Shown: positions 52,180 to 64,000 of the stretch, one piece after another
Layout: each line of letters opens with the position of its first letter
How positions within the stretch are numbered: the stretch's first letter is position 1
From: Lama glama
Lineage: Eukaryota
Direction of reading: 5' to 3'
Length of the DNA: 64,000 bases
Assembly: GCA_028534125.1 (NCBI GenBank)
Contig: CM052818.1
Location: 47,246,001-47,310,000, forward strand
Notes under the pieces: model-generated
What the model was told of the DNA's origin: nothing
Database searches by the model: none
Seen by the model: the letters and a program-made list of their open reading frames with translations, nothing else
Position numbers and translations under genes: made by a program

Positions 52180-52330
52180 ATTATTTAATTTTTATAATAT
52201 TCCTGTAAAAGAGGCGTTATTATTACACCCATTTTATAGATAACAAAGCTGAGGCTCAGAAAGGTGGGCCATGCTCCCGCGGTCACACAGCTGGTAAACC
52301 TGACGTCAGATTTCATTTAGCGCCAAGTCC
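52180..52330 (-). mobile_element. MIR SINE
   Basis: ttattacacccattttatagataacaaagctgaggctcagaaagg...ggtcacacagctggtaaa. Confidence 0.85.
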
Positions 52331-52726
52331 AACACTGTTCCCCATACGTCCCAGTTTCCATTCATGTCCCAGACAACAAAACAGCGTTAATCCAAATCCT
52401 GGAGTCTGGCCTAAATTATTCACAATCCTGAGCTGGACCTTGCTCCTCTTTTGCAGAACTAATGGCACCTCTCCATTTCTGCCCTGTGCGGTGAAGCCGA
52501 CAGGTGAACGGGGACACAGCCCGGTTCTCAGGCCCGCCGTGCGCCGAGGGCCGCGGCAGGAGGCTGCCTCAGCCTCAGGGTGGGTGCAGGTTTACTGAGA
52601 ACCTACCACCTGCTGGGCGTGATGCTGGCAGGAGTTACTCAGTAGCTGCGTTTTGACTGACGATTAGCATCTCCACCAGAATTCAGACATCATTGCCAAC
52701 TAACCGCCTGCTCTTTGTGCTCCCAG

Positions 52727-52779
52727 GGCGCTGTTATATTCCACTGCTGTGGCATTCGCCTTGTTTTGGTTTAAGTCAG
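52727..52779 (+). other. Candidate 53-nt internal exon of an unidentified transcript
   Basis: Branch point ACTAAC (52699-52704), pyrimidine tract, CCCAG/G acceptor and CAG/GTGAGT donor. Confidence 0.3.
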
Positions 52780-53339
52780 GTGAGTACATGGCTGTAACCT
52801 CTTGTAGAGGAAGCTCCAAGGATTCCCTGTTTTTCAGTCTCTGTCTTGCTTAGCCTGGATTCTGGCCTCAAGGGGATGCTCCATTTTTTAAATAAATAAA
52901 TAAAAATAAAACAAAGACACTTTTCACTGGAGATGAACCCCGTTCTTTATGTTCTGTCCAAGCCACCTTCTCATAGCAGAATAATTCTGTTTTCACATGG
53001 AAGAAGCAACCACCCGTGGGTTTTTTTTTTTCCTTCTCTTAAGGGTGGGGAGAAAAGGAGAAATAAATAATGTACTTCCGCAGCCTTCTCATTATTATTT
53101 CTGGGAAAACATAATAAAGCTACAGCTGGCAGGCACTTATTTTTTTCTTAGCATTTAATAATAGAATTAATTGCTAAGTGGGAAGCTTGCAACCCCCTTT
53201 CTGTTGTGCATTGCCCTCTGCTATCATTATGAATAGATGTAAAAATCAAAGCTAATTATCATTCAGAATGTTTGAAGAAATAGACTGAACCACACACACA
53301 CAACTCATTTTGCCTCTACCCCAGCCCCAGGTTACAAAG

Positions 53340-53341
<2 letters not shown>

Positions 53342-53376
<35 letters not shown>
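53342..53376 (+). repeat. (CA)~17 microsatellite
   Basis: Direct reading. Confidence 0.97.
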
Positions 53377-53378
<2 letters not shown>

Positions 53379-54689
53379 TATGGTGGAGCAATTCCCACGG
53401 ACACCCAAGTGTTCCTTGGCTTTAGGTCTTCTGGCCATGGCTGTCGACTGTGGTCTGGCAGTTTCATGTGGCCCTGATACATCCCCATTGTTTCTAGGAG
53501 TCGGATCCGTATAAGATGGAGGTCAAGGACTTGAGTTGCCTTGAGAAGCTCTTTATGGACAAGTGTGGGGCTTACCCACCTCCAACATGAAATGAGTGGC
53601 CCTCTGAGTTACCAAGGCCGCCTGGTAACAGGGAACAGGAAACTGAGAAACGGAAAGCCTTCTAGTGCTTCAGGACACGTAAACACGACAGAGAAATGGC
53701 AGATCATGCTCAGATCATGGTCACGGTCCCCCTTAACTCTGGAAATCTTGAAGACCCCCCAAAAGAGAGCTGAAGTCAGTAAGGGCTATTTTTTAAAAAC
53801 CAATAATGGGTTGAGGAACTGCTTTTTTAGGAATGGAGGTGGAAAGGCTAATTTCAAGTTTTTTTTTAAAAAACTTACAGTAAGTAAAGGACATTAAAAT
53901 ACAATTTTCAAAAAGTTAAAGTCACTATTCTCAAGTAAACAGCAAATTAGCACAGGGCAAGGATTTCATTAACCCTTTAGTTACTGGGTGAACCGACAAG
54001 ATGTTACACCAAACTCAAAGAGTATTTAAGAAGGTAAAGCTGGACACAGGCAAGGCCAGGGCACAAAAGTGGGGAGTGTCCCTCAGGGCCATAGCCACTG
54101 AGGTTATGCGTTCCTGCAGAGAGACATTACTAACATACCTAGCAGGCTGATATGTATAATGTGGCGTCACAAGTCTGAAGCCTTTCATTGATGAGAAACA
54201 GTGAAACTCAGGACATTTTTCTAGATAATTTTTGGGTGGCCTCTGCCCCCATAGGACATTGAGAGGTCACGGTGCCCACCTCTTTGCCTCGTTTTCAGAC
54301 TTTGAATCGTTCTTCTGACTATCCATGGGGTATGTGGCCAACACTGTATGGAGGCAGGGATGGGAGGGCGTGGTTTGTGCGTGAAGCTTCTGTCCACTAG
54401 GAAGCAGTTTAGGGGGAGAATCATCTGATGAGGTATAGAAGTTTTATGGCATGTGATATTAAGCTTCATTTAAAAAAGAAAAAAAATCTGTCTGAAATCT
54501 TCAGCACCTCTCCATGATTTGTTGATGTTTTGTAGAGTTGGCTGGGATGCAATCAAGTCAGTCCTCAAGGTGGGCACACCAGGAACAGCTGGGGGGCTGC
54601 CTGTGGGAGGTGTCCACGCTCCCATGCTCGCTGTCCCCTGTGCAGGAGGGACCAGGAGTTTCACCCAGTGCATTAGATCATCAGTCCTC

Positions 54690-54830
54690 ACAAGGGGCTT
54701 TGGGGTGAATTTCATTTTGGAGATGAAGCAGCTGAGATCAGAGGGGTCTAGTAAGTCACCATACACACAGAAAGGGCCAAGCCAGGATTGAAACCATGTC
54801 TGCTAACTTCTGCAGCTGCGTTTCTCCTAT
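54690..54830 (-). mobile_element. MIR SINE remnant
   Basis: ttcattttggagatgaagcagctgagatcagagggg...agccaggattgaaaccatgtctg. Confidence 0.65.
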
Positions 54831-55489
54831 GGACCTCACAGATGACAAGAGTCAGGGCAAACTCTGCCATCGTTCAGCTTGGAAGGACAGTCGGCTGATG
54901 GCATTTTATAGAATATAGTCCATGAAACAAATGAAGCACTGCAGTGATTTGAAATATCACTTCCTGTATTTTCCCTCAGCCATTCTGTCACAAGAACAAA
55001 ACAAAAGTCTTGGCATTCTTCCCCAGACAACAAAGACCAACTAGAACCTGGAGCTTTGCTCAGCGTTGAATTTCATACCAGACTTTTAAATTCTATAGCA
55101 AGACAATAGCATTTCAAGACAGAAAAACTTTTGCTAGTAACTCTTAAAACTGGAATTTTGCTCACAGGTCAAAAGCTGGACAACTTCTCACAGAGTAACC
55201 TGCAGGGATGGAGGTGAGAAGGGAAGGAGGAGAAATCTGCCAGGAGTTAGCAGGCCTTCCAATAGGACCCAGGGTGCTAAGATAGGATGACTAGAAGGGT
55301 CTACGATAGAAGGTTCCAGAGCACGGCAGACTGGTAACCGGAAGCAACGGAAGGTGTAAAAAATCACCATCAGTGGGTACCCGCAAAAGACTACAAGGAG
55401 CAGGTAGGACCGGCCATACCCACCAGCCCCTTGACCATCTTTTCACGCCACTGTCTTCCCTCTTCTCACAGGTTTGTAGGAGTCTACAA

Positions 55490-57660
55490 ATCTGCACGAT
55501 GAATACAAGTCTTTTCATGTTAGATACACTTAACAAAGTCTTCTCTGGATTTGTGGCTCCTTTTTAACTCTTTTATGGTTTCTTTCGGTTAATATCAAAT
55601 CTTAATTTTAATGTAGGTCAATTCATCTTTCTCTTTTAAGGCTGGTACCTACTGTGCTCCTGTTAAGAGAGCACTCCCTACCCAAGGGCAGGAAGGTATC
55701 ACCCCAGATCACCTTCTAGAAGCTTTTTTTTTTGGTTTTTACTGTTTACTCTACTTATTTTATGTATGGTGGGAGATGAAGTCATGTTCCATTTATTGTT
55801 ATAAATGGCCCCGGTGCTATTTGTTGAAATAACACTTCTCTGTCCTCTACTCTGTGGTTTCACCTCTACGAGTGTCCCTGTGGGCGTCTGTTTACTTCTG
55901 GGTGTGTTTCCTATCCCATCGGCCCTTTGTCTGTCCTTTGTGCCAAATACCACCCTGGCTTAATTATTGTCAACGTGTAATAAATTGTGACAGCCGTTAG
56001 AGTAAATCTTTTCACTTCGCTCTTCTTCAAAAATGCCTCGCCCGTTCTTGGCCAGTCGCGTGGTCATGCGTAGATTAGGATCAGCTTTTCAAGTTCCATA
56101 AAATATGCTGTTTGAATTTCGGTTGGGATTGCACTGAATTTCCAGCTCTTTGGAGGAAAATTATGATCTTCCATGTGATGTGGGGTGTTCCAGTCTATAA
56201 AGGTGGTATATCTCCCTATTAGAATTTTTTTACTGTATCTTTTTATTTAATATTAGTTTACTATTATTTAATGTTTATTATTTTCTTTACTGTATCTTAA
56301 TTTTTAAATGCTTCTATGATTTTTTCTTTACTTTTTTAAATTGAAGTATAGTCAGTTTTCAATGTTGTGTCAATTTCTGGCATACAGCATAATGTTTCAG
56401 TCATTATTCATATTCATTTTCACATTCTTTTTCACCATAAGTTACTACAAGATATTGAATATAGTTTCCTGTGCTTACAGTATAAACTTGTTGTTTATCT
56501 ATTTTATATATAGTAGTTAGTATGTGCAAATCTCAAACTGCCAGTTTATCCCTTCCCACCCCCTTTCCCCTCTGGTAACCATAAATTTGTTCTGTGAGTC
56601 TGTTTCTCTTTTGTAAATACGTTCATTTGTGTCTTTTATTTTTATTTTTATTTTTTTAGATTCCACATATAAAGGATATCATATGGTATTTTTCCTTCTC
56701 TTTCTGGCATATTTCAGCCTTTACGATTTTTTGATGCTTCATACTTTCTGTTACTTTTTAAGTATTATTTTTTATTTTATTATGAATGGTATCTTTTCTT
56801 CACAAGTTTTATTTTTTACTTGCTGATTGCTGATACAGAGAAATAAAATTGACTTGATGTTTCCCCTTTACATCTAATACCTCATTAGGCTTCCTCCCTT
56901 TTAACACTTGATCTGCAGACTCGTCCATCTTCCCTGTGTAAGGAGTTGTTTTGCTTCTGCAAAATGGGGTTGAATGCATTTTTTTCCTAAAGAGTGTAAT
57001 TTTAATTTCTTTTTTTCTTCTTTCGACCTAGAAAAGGATCTCCGGTAAAAAATGCAATAGAAAGTCATCCTTATCTTCCTTCAGGCTCTCAAACAGTAAC
57101 CAATAAGCACACTGTTCATTCACTGTTAATGTTTCCCTCATAACCACTAGCGAGGCCTCTCCTTGGCTGCTCAAGTGTACTTGTGTTTTATTTGTTTTTC
57201 TTTCCTTTCCTTCTTCCTCCTTCCTCCCCCACTTTCTTTCTTTCTTTTCCCTCTCCTTTCCTGTCTCTTTTCCTTTTCTCTATTTCTCTTGTGAGGTTGC
57301 TAAATTTTATCAATTTTTTTCTGTATCTTTGGAGATGATTGTGATTTTTCTCCTAGATAATATGATGGATTATAATAATTGATTTCCATGTATAAAACCG
57401 ATCCTGTATTCTGAATAAAGCTAGCTTGGTAGTCATGTAGTATCATTATTATGCATCACTGTATTCCTTTCATATGATGTATTTCTGATTTTTGCATCCT
57501 TATTCAATGGTGCAATTGGTCTATAATTTTCTTCACTATCCTTGTCCAGGTCAGGAACTAAGGTTATGCTGGCCTCATAACACGAGTTGAAGAGTTCTCC
57601 CAATTTTTCTATTCTTTAGAGGAGTTATTTTAACTTTTGTGTCATCTGTTTCCTTGTGGA
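55490..57660 (-). mobile_element. Old L1 (L1ME-like) ORF2 remnant, interrupted by a younger L1
   Basis: tgtgccaaataccacc; ttaggatcagcttttcaagttcca...ggttgggattgcactgaattt; aaggttatgctggcctcataa. Confidence 0.8.
56326..56716 (-). mobile_element. Camelid-type L1 3' end nested in older L1
   Basis: aattgaagtatagtcagttttcaatgttgtgtcaatttctgg...tagattccacatataaaggatatcatatggtatt. Possible degenerate TSD ctatgatttttt / ttacgatttttt. Confidence 0.88.
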
Positions 57661-58289
57661 AAGATTTATCTATGTATTTATAATTTTTGTGCCCATTCAG
57701 GCCTGTCTGAATTATTATTGTTGCATATAAACTTCTAACCAAGGCACCAGTGGAGCACAAAATTGAGAGCCGGGACTATCAAGCTTGGAGCACAGGCAGT
57801 GATGCTGTTCTGTGCTTGCGTAATACACGTCCACACATGGGGCAGAATTTGGCGCTGATACACTTATAGAGCTTACAGAAGCATAGAGAACGCCAGCCTG
57901 TCTGCCTGTATGACTACTAAGGGCCTCCTATTTGTGTGTGGCCAAATAGGTAAGCCCACAGCAGCTACTAAAGGCAACCGGGACTAGTTCATAAGCAATA
58001 ACCAAGGATTATCAGGAAATAGATAAACTTGAAAACATGAAACCATAAAGTATATTTGAGTAAGAGCCGTGGAGGAAGTACAGGCTGGAATCAGGAGGAC
58101 CTGAGAGACAGTGGAACCAGCCAGGGTCAAAAGAGAGATAGCCTCTTTGTCAGGACCCAGAATTCTCATCAACACTCAGGGAGACGTTACGGAATCCATA
58201 AAAATGAATCAAAATACCAAAGGAAAAGACTAATTCAAACTAATTCAAAGTCTTTGCCATATTAAAATGACACATTAAAATGGAAATAG

Positions 58290-58812
58290 AAGGCAGAATT
58301 CTAAGATGACCTGAGATCCCTGCTCCCTGGGGTACACACTCAGGGTAATCCCTCCCTTTGAGTGTGGGGAGGTTGTTCGTATGATTGGACGTCATCCAAT
58401 GACTAGACTGCATGTCAAAGGTGAAGGGATTTTGCAGATGTAACTAAGTTTCCAGGTCAGTGGAATTTGAGTCAATCAAAAGGGAGTATCTGAGCAGTCG
58501 GACCCAGGTGAAGACCATTAAAAGAGGGCTAAGCCCTTCCGGGAGAGTTTTTCCCACTGGCCTTAAAGAAGAAAGCCACTCTATGTTCCACCGGTGTAAG
58601 GAAACGCACTGTGGCAACAGCCTTGTGAGCGGAGAGGACCTCGGCCTCTGATGAGCCCCCAGCCTGGCTGACCCCTGACTGAAGCCTCCTGAGGCCCTGG
58701 GTGAGGTCCCAGGCTCCTGACCCGCAGGACCTGTGAGGTGGCAAGTGGTTCTCGTTGTTAAGCCGCCATCTTTGTGATAATGTCTTACCCAGCGACAGAA
58801 AACCAACTGAAG
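58290..58812 (+). mobile_element. MaLR LTR (MLT1E-like) inserted in an old L1
   Basis: aggcagaattctaagatgacc...aagggattttgcagatgtaactaag...ttgagtcaatcaaaagggag...gttaagccgccatctttgtgataatgtcttacccagc. Confidence 0.85.
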
Positions 58813-59420
58813 GACGTACAAAAGGAATAGCAGGAGTTAGAAACGTCTAGAAAGTAAATTGCTCAGAAATTATTTTTAGAAAATGGAGTCCAAAGGCACA
58901 CCCTAGTCAACTAAAAGATGAATAAGAATAAATAATTCAAAATGGGGAAATTAAAACATTAATAACAAAAGGGGAAACAAAAGTCTTAATTATTTAGAAA
59001 TTTTAAAATATGGAAATAGCCCTTGAAACAGCTCCTGATTCAAAGAGGGAATTAAAAAAATAATTACAGACTAATTTAAAATTATAGCATTGAGGGAATT
59101 ATGTACGAGTGGTTGAGGAAGTGCATAGTTTATGCCAAGTTAGATTTATAATCCTAAGTATCTGTACTAAGCCATAGTGATAATAAATAAAACATTTAAC
59201 TCCCATGATTAGTAAGAGAGCAATATCAACTTTAAGAAAGAAAGCGAAGTAGTTCATTTAAGACAAAAGCAGGCAGTAATAAATTAGAAAAAACATGAAA
59301 TATATAAATATCAAGAACTGTTTCTTTAAAGAAAATTATAAAGTGTATGAAACACTGGCAGATCTAATTAAGCAAAAGAAATAGAAAACATAAATAAATT
59401 CAATTAGGCATATGAGCAGA
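58813..59420 (+). mobile_element. Old L1 ORF2 (post-endonuclease) remnant, probably also 57950-58290
   Basis: A-rich; aatatcaagaactgtttctttaaag...tgaaacactggcagatctaattaagcaaaaga. Confidence 0.65.
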
Positions 59421-59779
59421 AGGATAGATGCCAAAATGAAATCGGAAGAAAATTATACGTGTCATTTCCTGTCCAGCCAGATGACAGAGGGCCGCTTGGG
59501 ACTGAAATTGACTCTTTCTCTTCCTGTGTAAAATTAGGCAAACCTTTCACCTTTCTGAGCCTCCAATAAAACGTGAATAATCTCAAGTGTCTGACAATGT
59601 AACAGGATTAACCACTGTGAGCACCGCCTCTTGGAGTGATCAGGACAGTCAAAGCTCACTGACCAAGGTGCCTGAGATTTCTGGGTGGACTGAGATCGAA
59701 GCAGAAGCCTCTTTGCTCCTGCTGTGCTAATAAAAATCTCCCAAAACGTAGGAGAGGAACGGAGATTTCTAACTGTGTG

Positions 59780-60330
59780 CTCGGTAGGATGAAATCTCGC
59801 GCCTGGAGAAAACGAGGCCCGTACAGGGGCTGCTGCTCCCGTGGAGTTAAGCACTTTAAAGACAGGAATTGTGTCGTCTGTGCAGACGCCCAGTGGCGAG
59901 AATGAGGCCTGCCTGGCCTCTGTGTCAGGCCTGGAGAATCTGCAGGCGTGAGCCGGGCGGAGCTCCACACACGGCAGACCTGCTGGGAGCAGTGGGCGGC
60001 CTGGCCTCACAGCCCGGGTGTGGCAGGGGGTGCCCGTCACCCCCGGAAGCAGAGGCTGCCTGCTGCTGGCCGGCTGGAGCCGGCTTGGTTCCTGGACCCA
60101 GCCCTCCACTGGAGCGCAGCTCCCAGCCTCCCGGGGGCTTCAGGGCAGAAGACGGCAGATCAGAGGATGTCCTGGGATCAGCCCAGGCTGGCAGGACTCA
60201 CGGGGGACCTGGGCGGCCTCTGAAGAACCCACAGCACATCCACGAAGGAGCAGCGCTGAGACAGCCGCGAGCAGAGGGCCCGGGGCCACCCGGGCCGGCA
60301 AGAGAGAGGCAGAAAGCAGTCTGCTAGAAG
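59780..60330. promoter_or_regulatory. GC-rich, CpG-enriched patch (borderline CpG island)
   Basis: Roughly 30 CpGs in about 540 bp by hand count, in apparently non-repeat sequence. Confidence 0.35.
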
Positions 60331-61429
60331 GTGTGGTTTGGATAGCCTCGTCTTTTAAAATAGCTGACTTGGATTCTCAATCATCTAAAACAGTGACATA
60401 GAGTTGAGACCTAGCAGAGGGGGCTTGACGGCAGTGACGGAAGAAGGAAGTCAAAGTTTCTGTATTCGTCCTCTTCCTGAGTTTAATAAACTGGTTACAA
60501 TAAACAAATACTGAGAAACTATTACACAGAAGGCAGGTCCTGTGGGTACAATAGTTGAGATGGACTCTCACCTTGAGGTTCTCAGTCTGACAGTGAGTAG
60601 GCGAGGGCGTGAAAAGCGAACACAGGACAACGGGAGAAGAGATGTCCTCAGGGCACAGGCTATGGGCACGCCTGTTTCACAGTGAGGCCCAGCTCGTGGT
60701 GCCCCGCAGAGACTGGCACCAGACCCTCCTGCACGGCTGCGGGGACCGAGTTCCGTCTTACCGGCCCCACGCGGACAACCTTACCACGAGGGTCCCAACC
60801 CCCGTGCTGGGCTGGAGGCTGAAGGAGCGTCATCATCACCATGGGGCTGGGGCCTGGGTCGGGGGGAAAGCAGAGGTGAGGCGGTCAGGGAAGAAAGTGA
60901 GCAACAGGTTCTCAGTTTGCAGCACAGACCGTTCCATTCACAGCAGGTTCGATGGAAGCCCCAGGATGCTTTCAACAGCCGGGGACATCTTATCTGCAGC
61001 CAGCATGAGAAATTTCACTTACAACAAAGCTCAGCAGAGAAAGGGCTCTTCTCTTCGAGTCCAGAATGAGGGTATTAGTAACAGTGCTTGCTTCCTTCTC
61101 AAGCCCCATTAGTGCCAGGTAATAGGTTTCCCCAGCGGTCTTAGCATTTGCTCAGCTGCAGAGAGATACCGCAAAAAAAGTTTTTCTTTGGAAACAAGGC
61201 AGATTTGTACTGAGAAACATTACCAAATCATTGAGTTTACTGTTGATTCAGATATTTCAGAAAAGTTGCCTCTGAAGCATTTCTGGAGAATGAATCAGAC
61301 TTTTCCTGAGGACTTTCATTATGAAAAAAGAGAGCCGTACGCTTCTGGACGTGGTTTCGGGCCACCTCACAGAAAACCCGTGTGTGTTCCTGTGCACGTG
61401 GATGCCATTATGATTTATAAAGCTTTACT

Positions 61430-61545
61430 GCAGCAGTTTGAAATTTTAGGGATACATGAGTCAGCTTCTAGGGGTCCCTGAAGTCTATGAAACTATGCAA
61501 GACTTCTGTGCATATTTCTTCGGGGAGAGAAGGGTCCACGGCTCC
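61430..61545. mobile_element. hAT-Charlie MER-type fragment
   Basis: gcttctaggggtccctgaagtctatgaaactatgcaag...gcatatttcttcggggagagaagggtccacggct. Confidence 0.45.
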
Positions 61546-61713
61546 AACTAACAACACAAATAAATACACAGAGCATCTCCACCTACAGTGTTGGAGAAAA
61601 GGTCTGAGACGGGTGCCTGAGAGCCGCACTTGCTAAGAGACTGTGGCAAACAGCAGGTGCAAAAGCCATGAGTCAGGGATGCTCCTGAGATGTTCAAGAA
61701 ATAGCCAGGAGAG

Positions 61714-62470
61714 CTACAGATTCAATACAATCAAATTACCAAAGGCATTTTTCACAGAACTAGAACAAACTTTTTTTTTTAATTTTGTATAGAAACATAG
61801 AAGACCCAGAACATCCAAAGCAATCTTGAGAAAGATGAATGGAACTGGAGGAATCATGCTCCCTGACTTCAGACTATACTGCAAAGCTACAGTAATCAAA
61901 ACAGCATGGTACTGAGGGGAGTTAAAAAAACAGACACATCAATCAATGGAACAGGATAGAGAGCCCAGAAATAAACCCACACACTTGTGGTCAATTAGTC
62001 TCCAGCAAAGGAGGCAAGAATACGCAATGGAGAAAAGACAGTCTCTTCAATAAGTGGTGCTGGGAAAACTGGACCATATGTAAAAGAATGAAATGAGAAC
62101 ACTCTCTAACATCAAATACAAAAAGTAAACTAAAAATGGATTAAAGACCTAAATGTAAGACCATATAGTTTAAGCTCCTAGAGGAAAACATAGGCAGAAC
62201 ACTCTTTGATATCAATGGCAGAAATAATTTTTTGGATCTGTCTCCTAGGGTAATAGAAATAAAAACCAAAATAAACAAATGGGACTTAATTAAATTTAAA
62301 AGCTTTTGCACAGCAAAGGAAACCATCAACAAAGCAAAAAGACAACCTACAGGCTGGGAAGAAAATGTTTGCAAATGATGCTACCAACAATTAATTTCCA
62401 AAATATGCAGAGACAGCTCATACAGCTTAATATCAGAAAACAGAAAAAAAAATAACCCAATAAAAAATGT
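61714..62470 (+). mobile_element. Younger L1 ORF2 internal fragment
   Basis: Translates to YRFN..KLPKAFFTELEQ...[32 protein letters not shown], then [13 protein letters not shown] and [18 protein letters not shown] motifs, with frameshifts. Confidence 0.93.
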
Positions 62471-64000
62471 GATCAGGAGGCCACTGCCAGGACCCAGATA
62501 ACGGGGACTCAGGTGAGAGCAGGAGCAGTGGCGGTGGCAGATGGGTCATCTTCTGGATAAGTTTCGTAGAGCCATGAGGACTGTTGACGGTTAGATTATG
62601 GGTGTCATAGAAAGAAAGAAACCAAGGGTGACTAATTTTCAAGAAAAAAGCCCCCAATCCTCCTGTACGTAGAAATATTGGATCCCCTGCTGCCTTTCTG
62701 TGGGCAGCTGCGTGCTCCTCACTCCAGGCAGTGGGATGGCTTCGTGTCCTGGTAGTCGCCCTCTGGAGGGGTCAGTGGGACGACCACCTCACCTGCTGGT
62801 CTGTCCTGAGAACGTCTGCAGACCGTGCACAGGCTCGTGTCGCTGTTTACTAAATGGTGCAGGCAGAGAACCAGTGGACCAGAAGGAGGCAGAGAGGATG
62901 GAGGAGAGCAACGTAACTTACCTTTCCTCCAAGTTGATAATTATCCTTTCTAAGCATCACTTACAGAATGGCTTCTACTTTCCCCACAGATGATCGCACA
63001 CTAAAGCTTACGGAGCATATCTGGACTCCATCTTGGGAAACTGACCTATTTTCCATTTCTGTGGTTTTATCACACTCCTTTAAATATTACAGAAAAAAAT
63101 ATCTCAACTTGATTTTGTTGAAACATGTTTTGGAACTGACAAAAATAATTATATTCATTTTCGTGTTCTCCATGCCACGTATAAAATAAAGTTGACTCAT
63201 TACTTCAGTGCCAGAACTCTTTCTAATAAGTCAGTCCATTTTTTGAAAATGGAATCTTTCAAAGAAATTATTGATGTTGGGGCTCAGCCTGTTTATTCTT
63301 GTATTCAAAAGTGGGATAACAAATGGAGTGCAAGGAAATCTTTCCCAACATGTTTCAGACACAGGGCTCCTGAAGTTTTTAAAGGTGCCCTGGGAGCATG
63401 AACAGGGCATTAACCCACGGGAGGTCTTGGAGTCACGTGATTTCCTCAACGCACAAAACTTGAAAACCATTTATGTTTTGTTGACGATTTTCTAATAAAC
63501 CAAGCCAACTGCCTTAGGTGTAGCACTTTTCTTGAATTGTAAGTAATTTGAAAAGCCAAGTGTGTATGTGTCTGTGTGTGCATGTGTGTTTATGTGTGTG
63601 TGTGCACATATATGAATTTTGACTGGTTCAGTAAAAATGTCTTATATCCTGAGATCAGCAACACTTGAAGCTTAGTCCATTACTTTTTTGGCAGAAGAAG
63701 GCAAAGCATGAGGGACAGTTATCACAACGAGCTGAGTCTCTTCTCAAAGTCCCCGAAGCCGAGGCGTGGGCTAAAACGGGGTTGAACAGAAGACTTCAAC
63801 TTTATGAGTAAGAGGACCACGTTCTCCCACCTGATCAGGAACATTTCTGTCTTTGTCTGTCATCCTAGCTTTGGGATTTATAGAGCCTGTCTGCTCCCCA
63901 GGGCCCCGTTATGGATAATAAATAATGTGGCCGCCGGGACACGAGGTCAGTAAGCAGGCTGGTGTCCACTTGGCTTGCGACTTCTCCAGGTGAGGAAATA

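Noticed and set aside
1..64000. CRISPR arrays, operons, prokaryotic defence systems, non-retroviral endogenous viral genes, processed pseudogenes, snoRNA or miRNA genes
   Set aside because: Eutherian repeat-rich DNA with no repeat-spacer array, no long credible ORF and no RNA-gene signature visible by eye. Highly diverged cases cannot be excluded without tblastn or Infernal searches.

Overview
Mammalian genomic DNA, intergenic or deep intronic, with no protein-coding gene that I can recognise. It is most likely camelid, inferred from a tRNA-Ala-derived SINE, camelid-type L1 3' ends and the absence of Bov-A, PRE-1, CHR or Alu SINEs. The listed ORFs are chance ORFs, L1 remnants, microsatellites or read-through of N gaps. 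A large part of the window is eutherian interspersed repeat (L1M-type LINEs, L2, MIR, MaLR/ERVL/ERV1 LTRs, hAT MITEs), often nested. There are two 500-N scaffold gaps, and the first is flanked by an exact 199-bp duplication that looks like an assembly artefact. The most interesting signals are two fossil CR1-clade LINE relics recognisable only by manual translation (about 4.0-4.3 kb and 12.0-15.1 kb), one canonical 53-nt candidate exon, an ERV1 LTR running into a gap, and several repeat-free islands with enhancer-like motif clusters. I found no convincing evidence of a new multi-gene biological system. Repeat subfamily names come from remembered consensus sequences and boundaries are approximate; none were checked by search.
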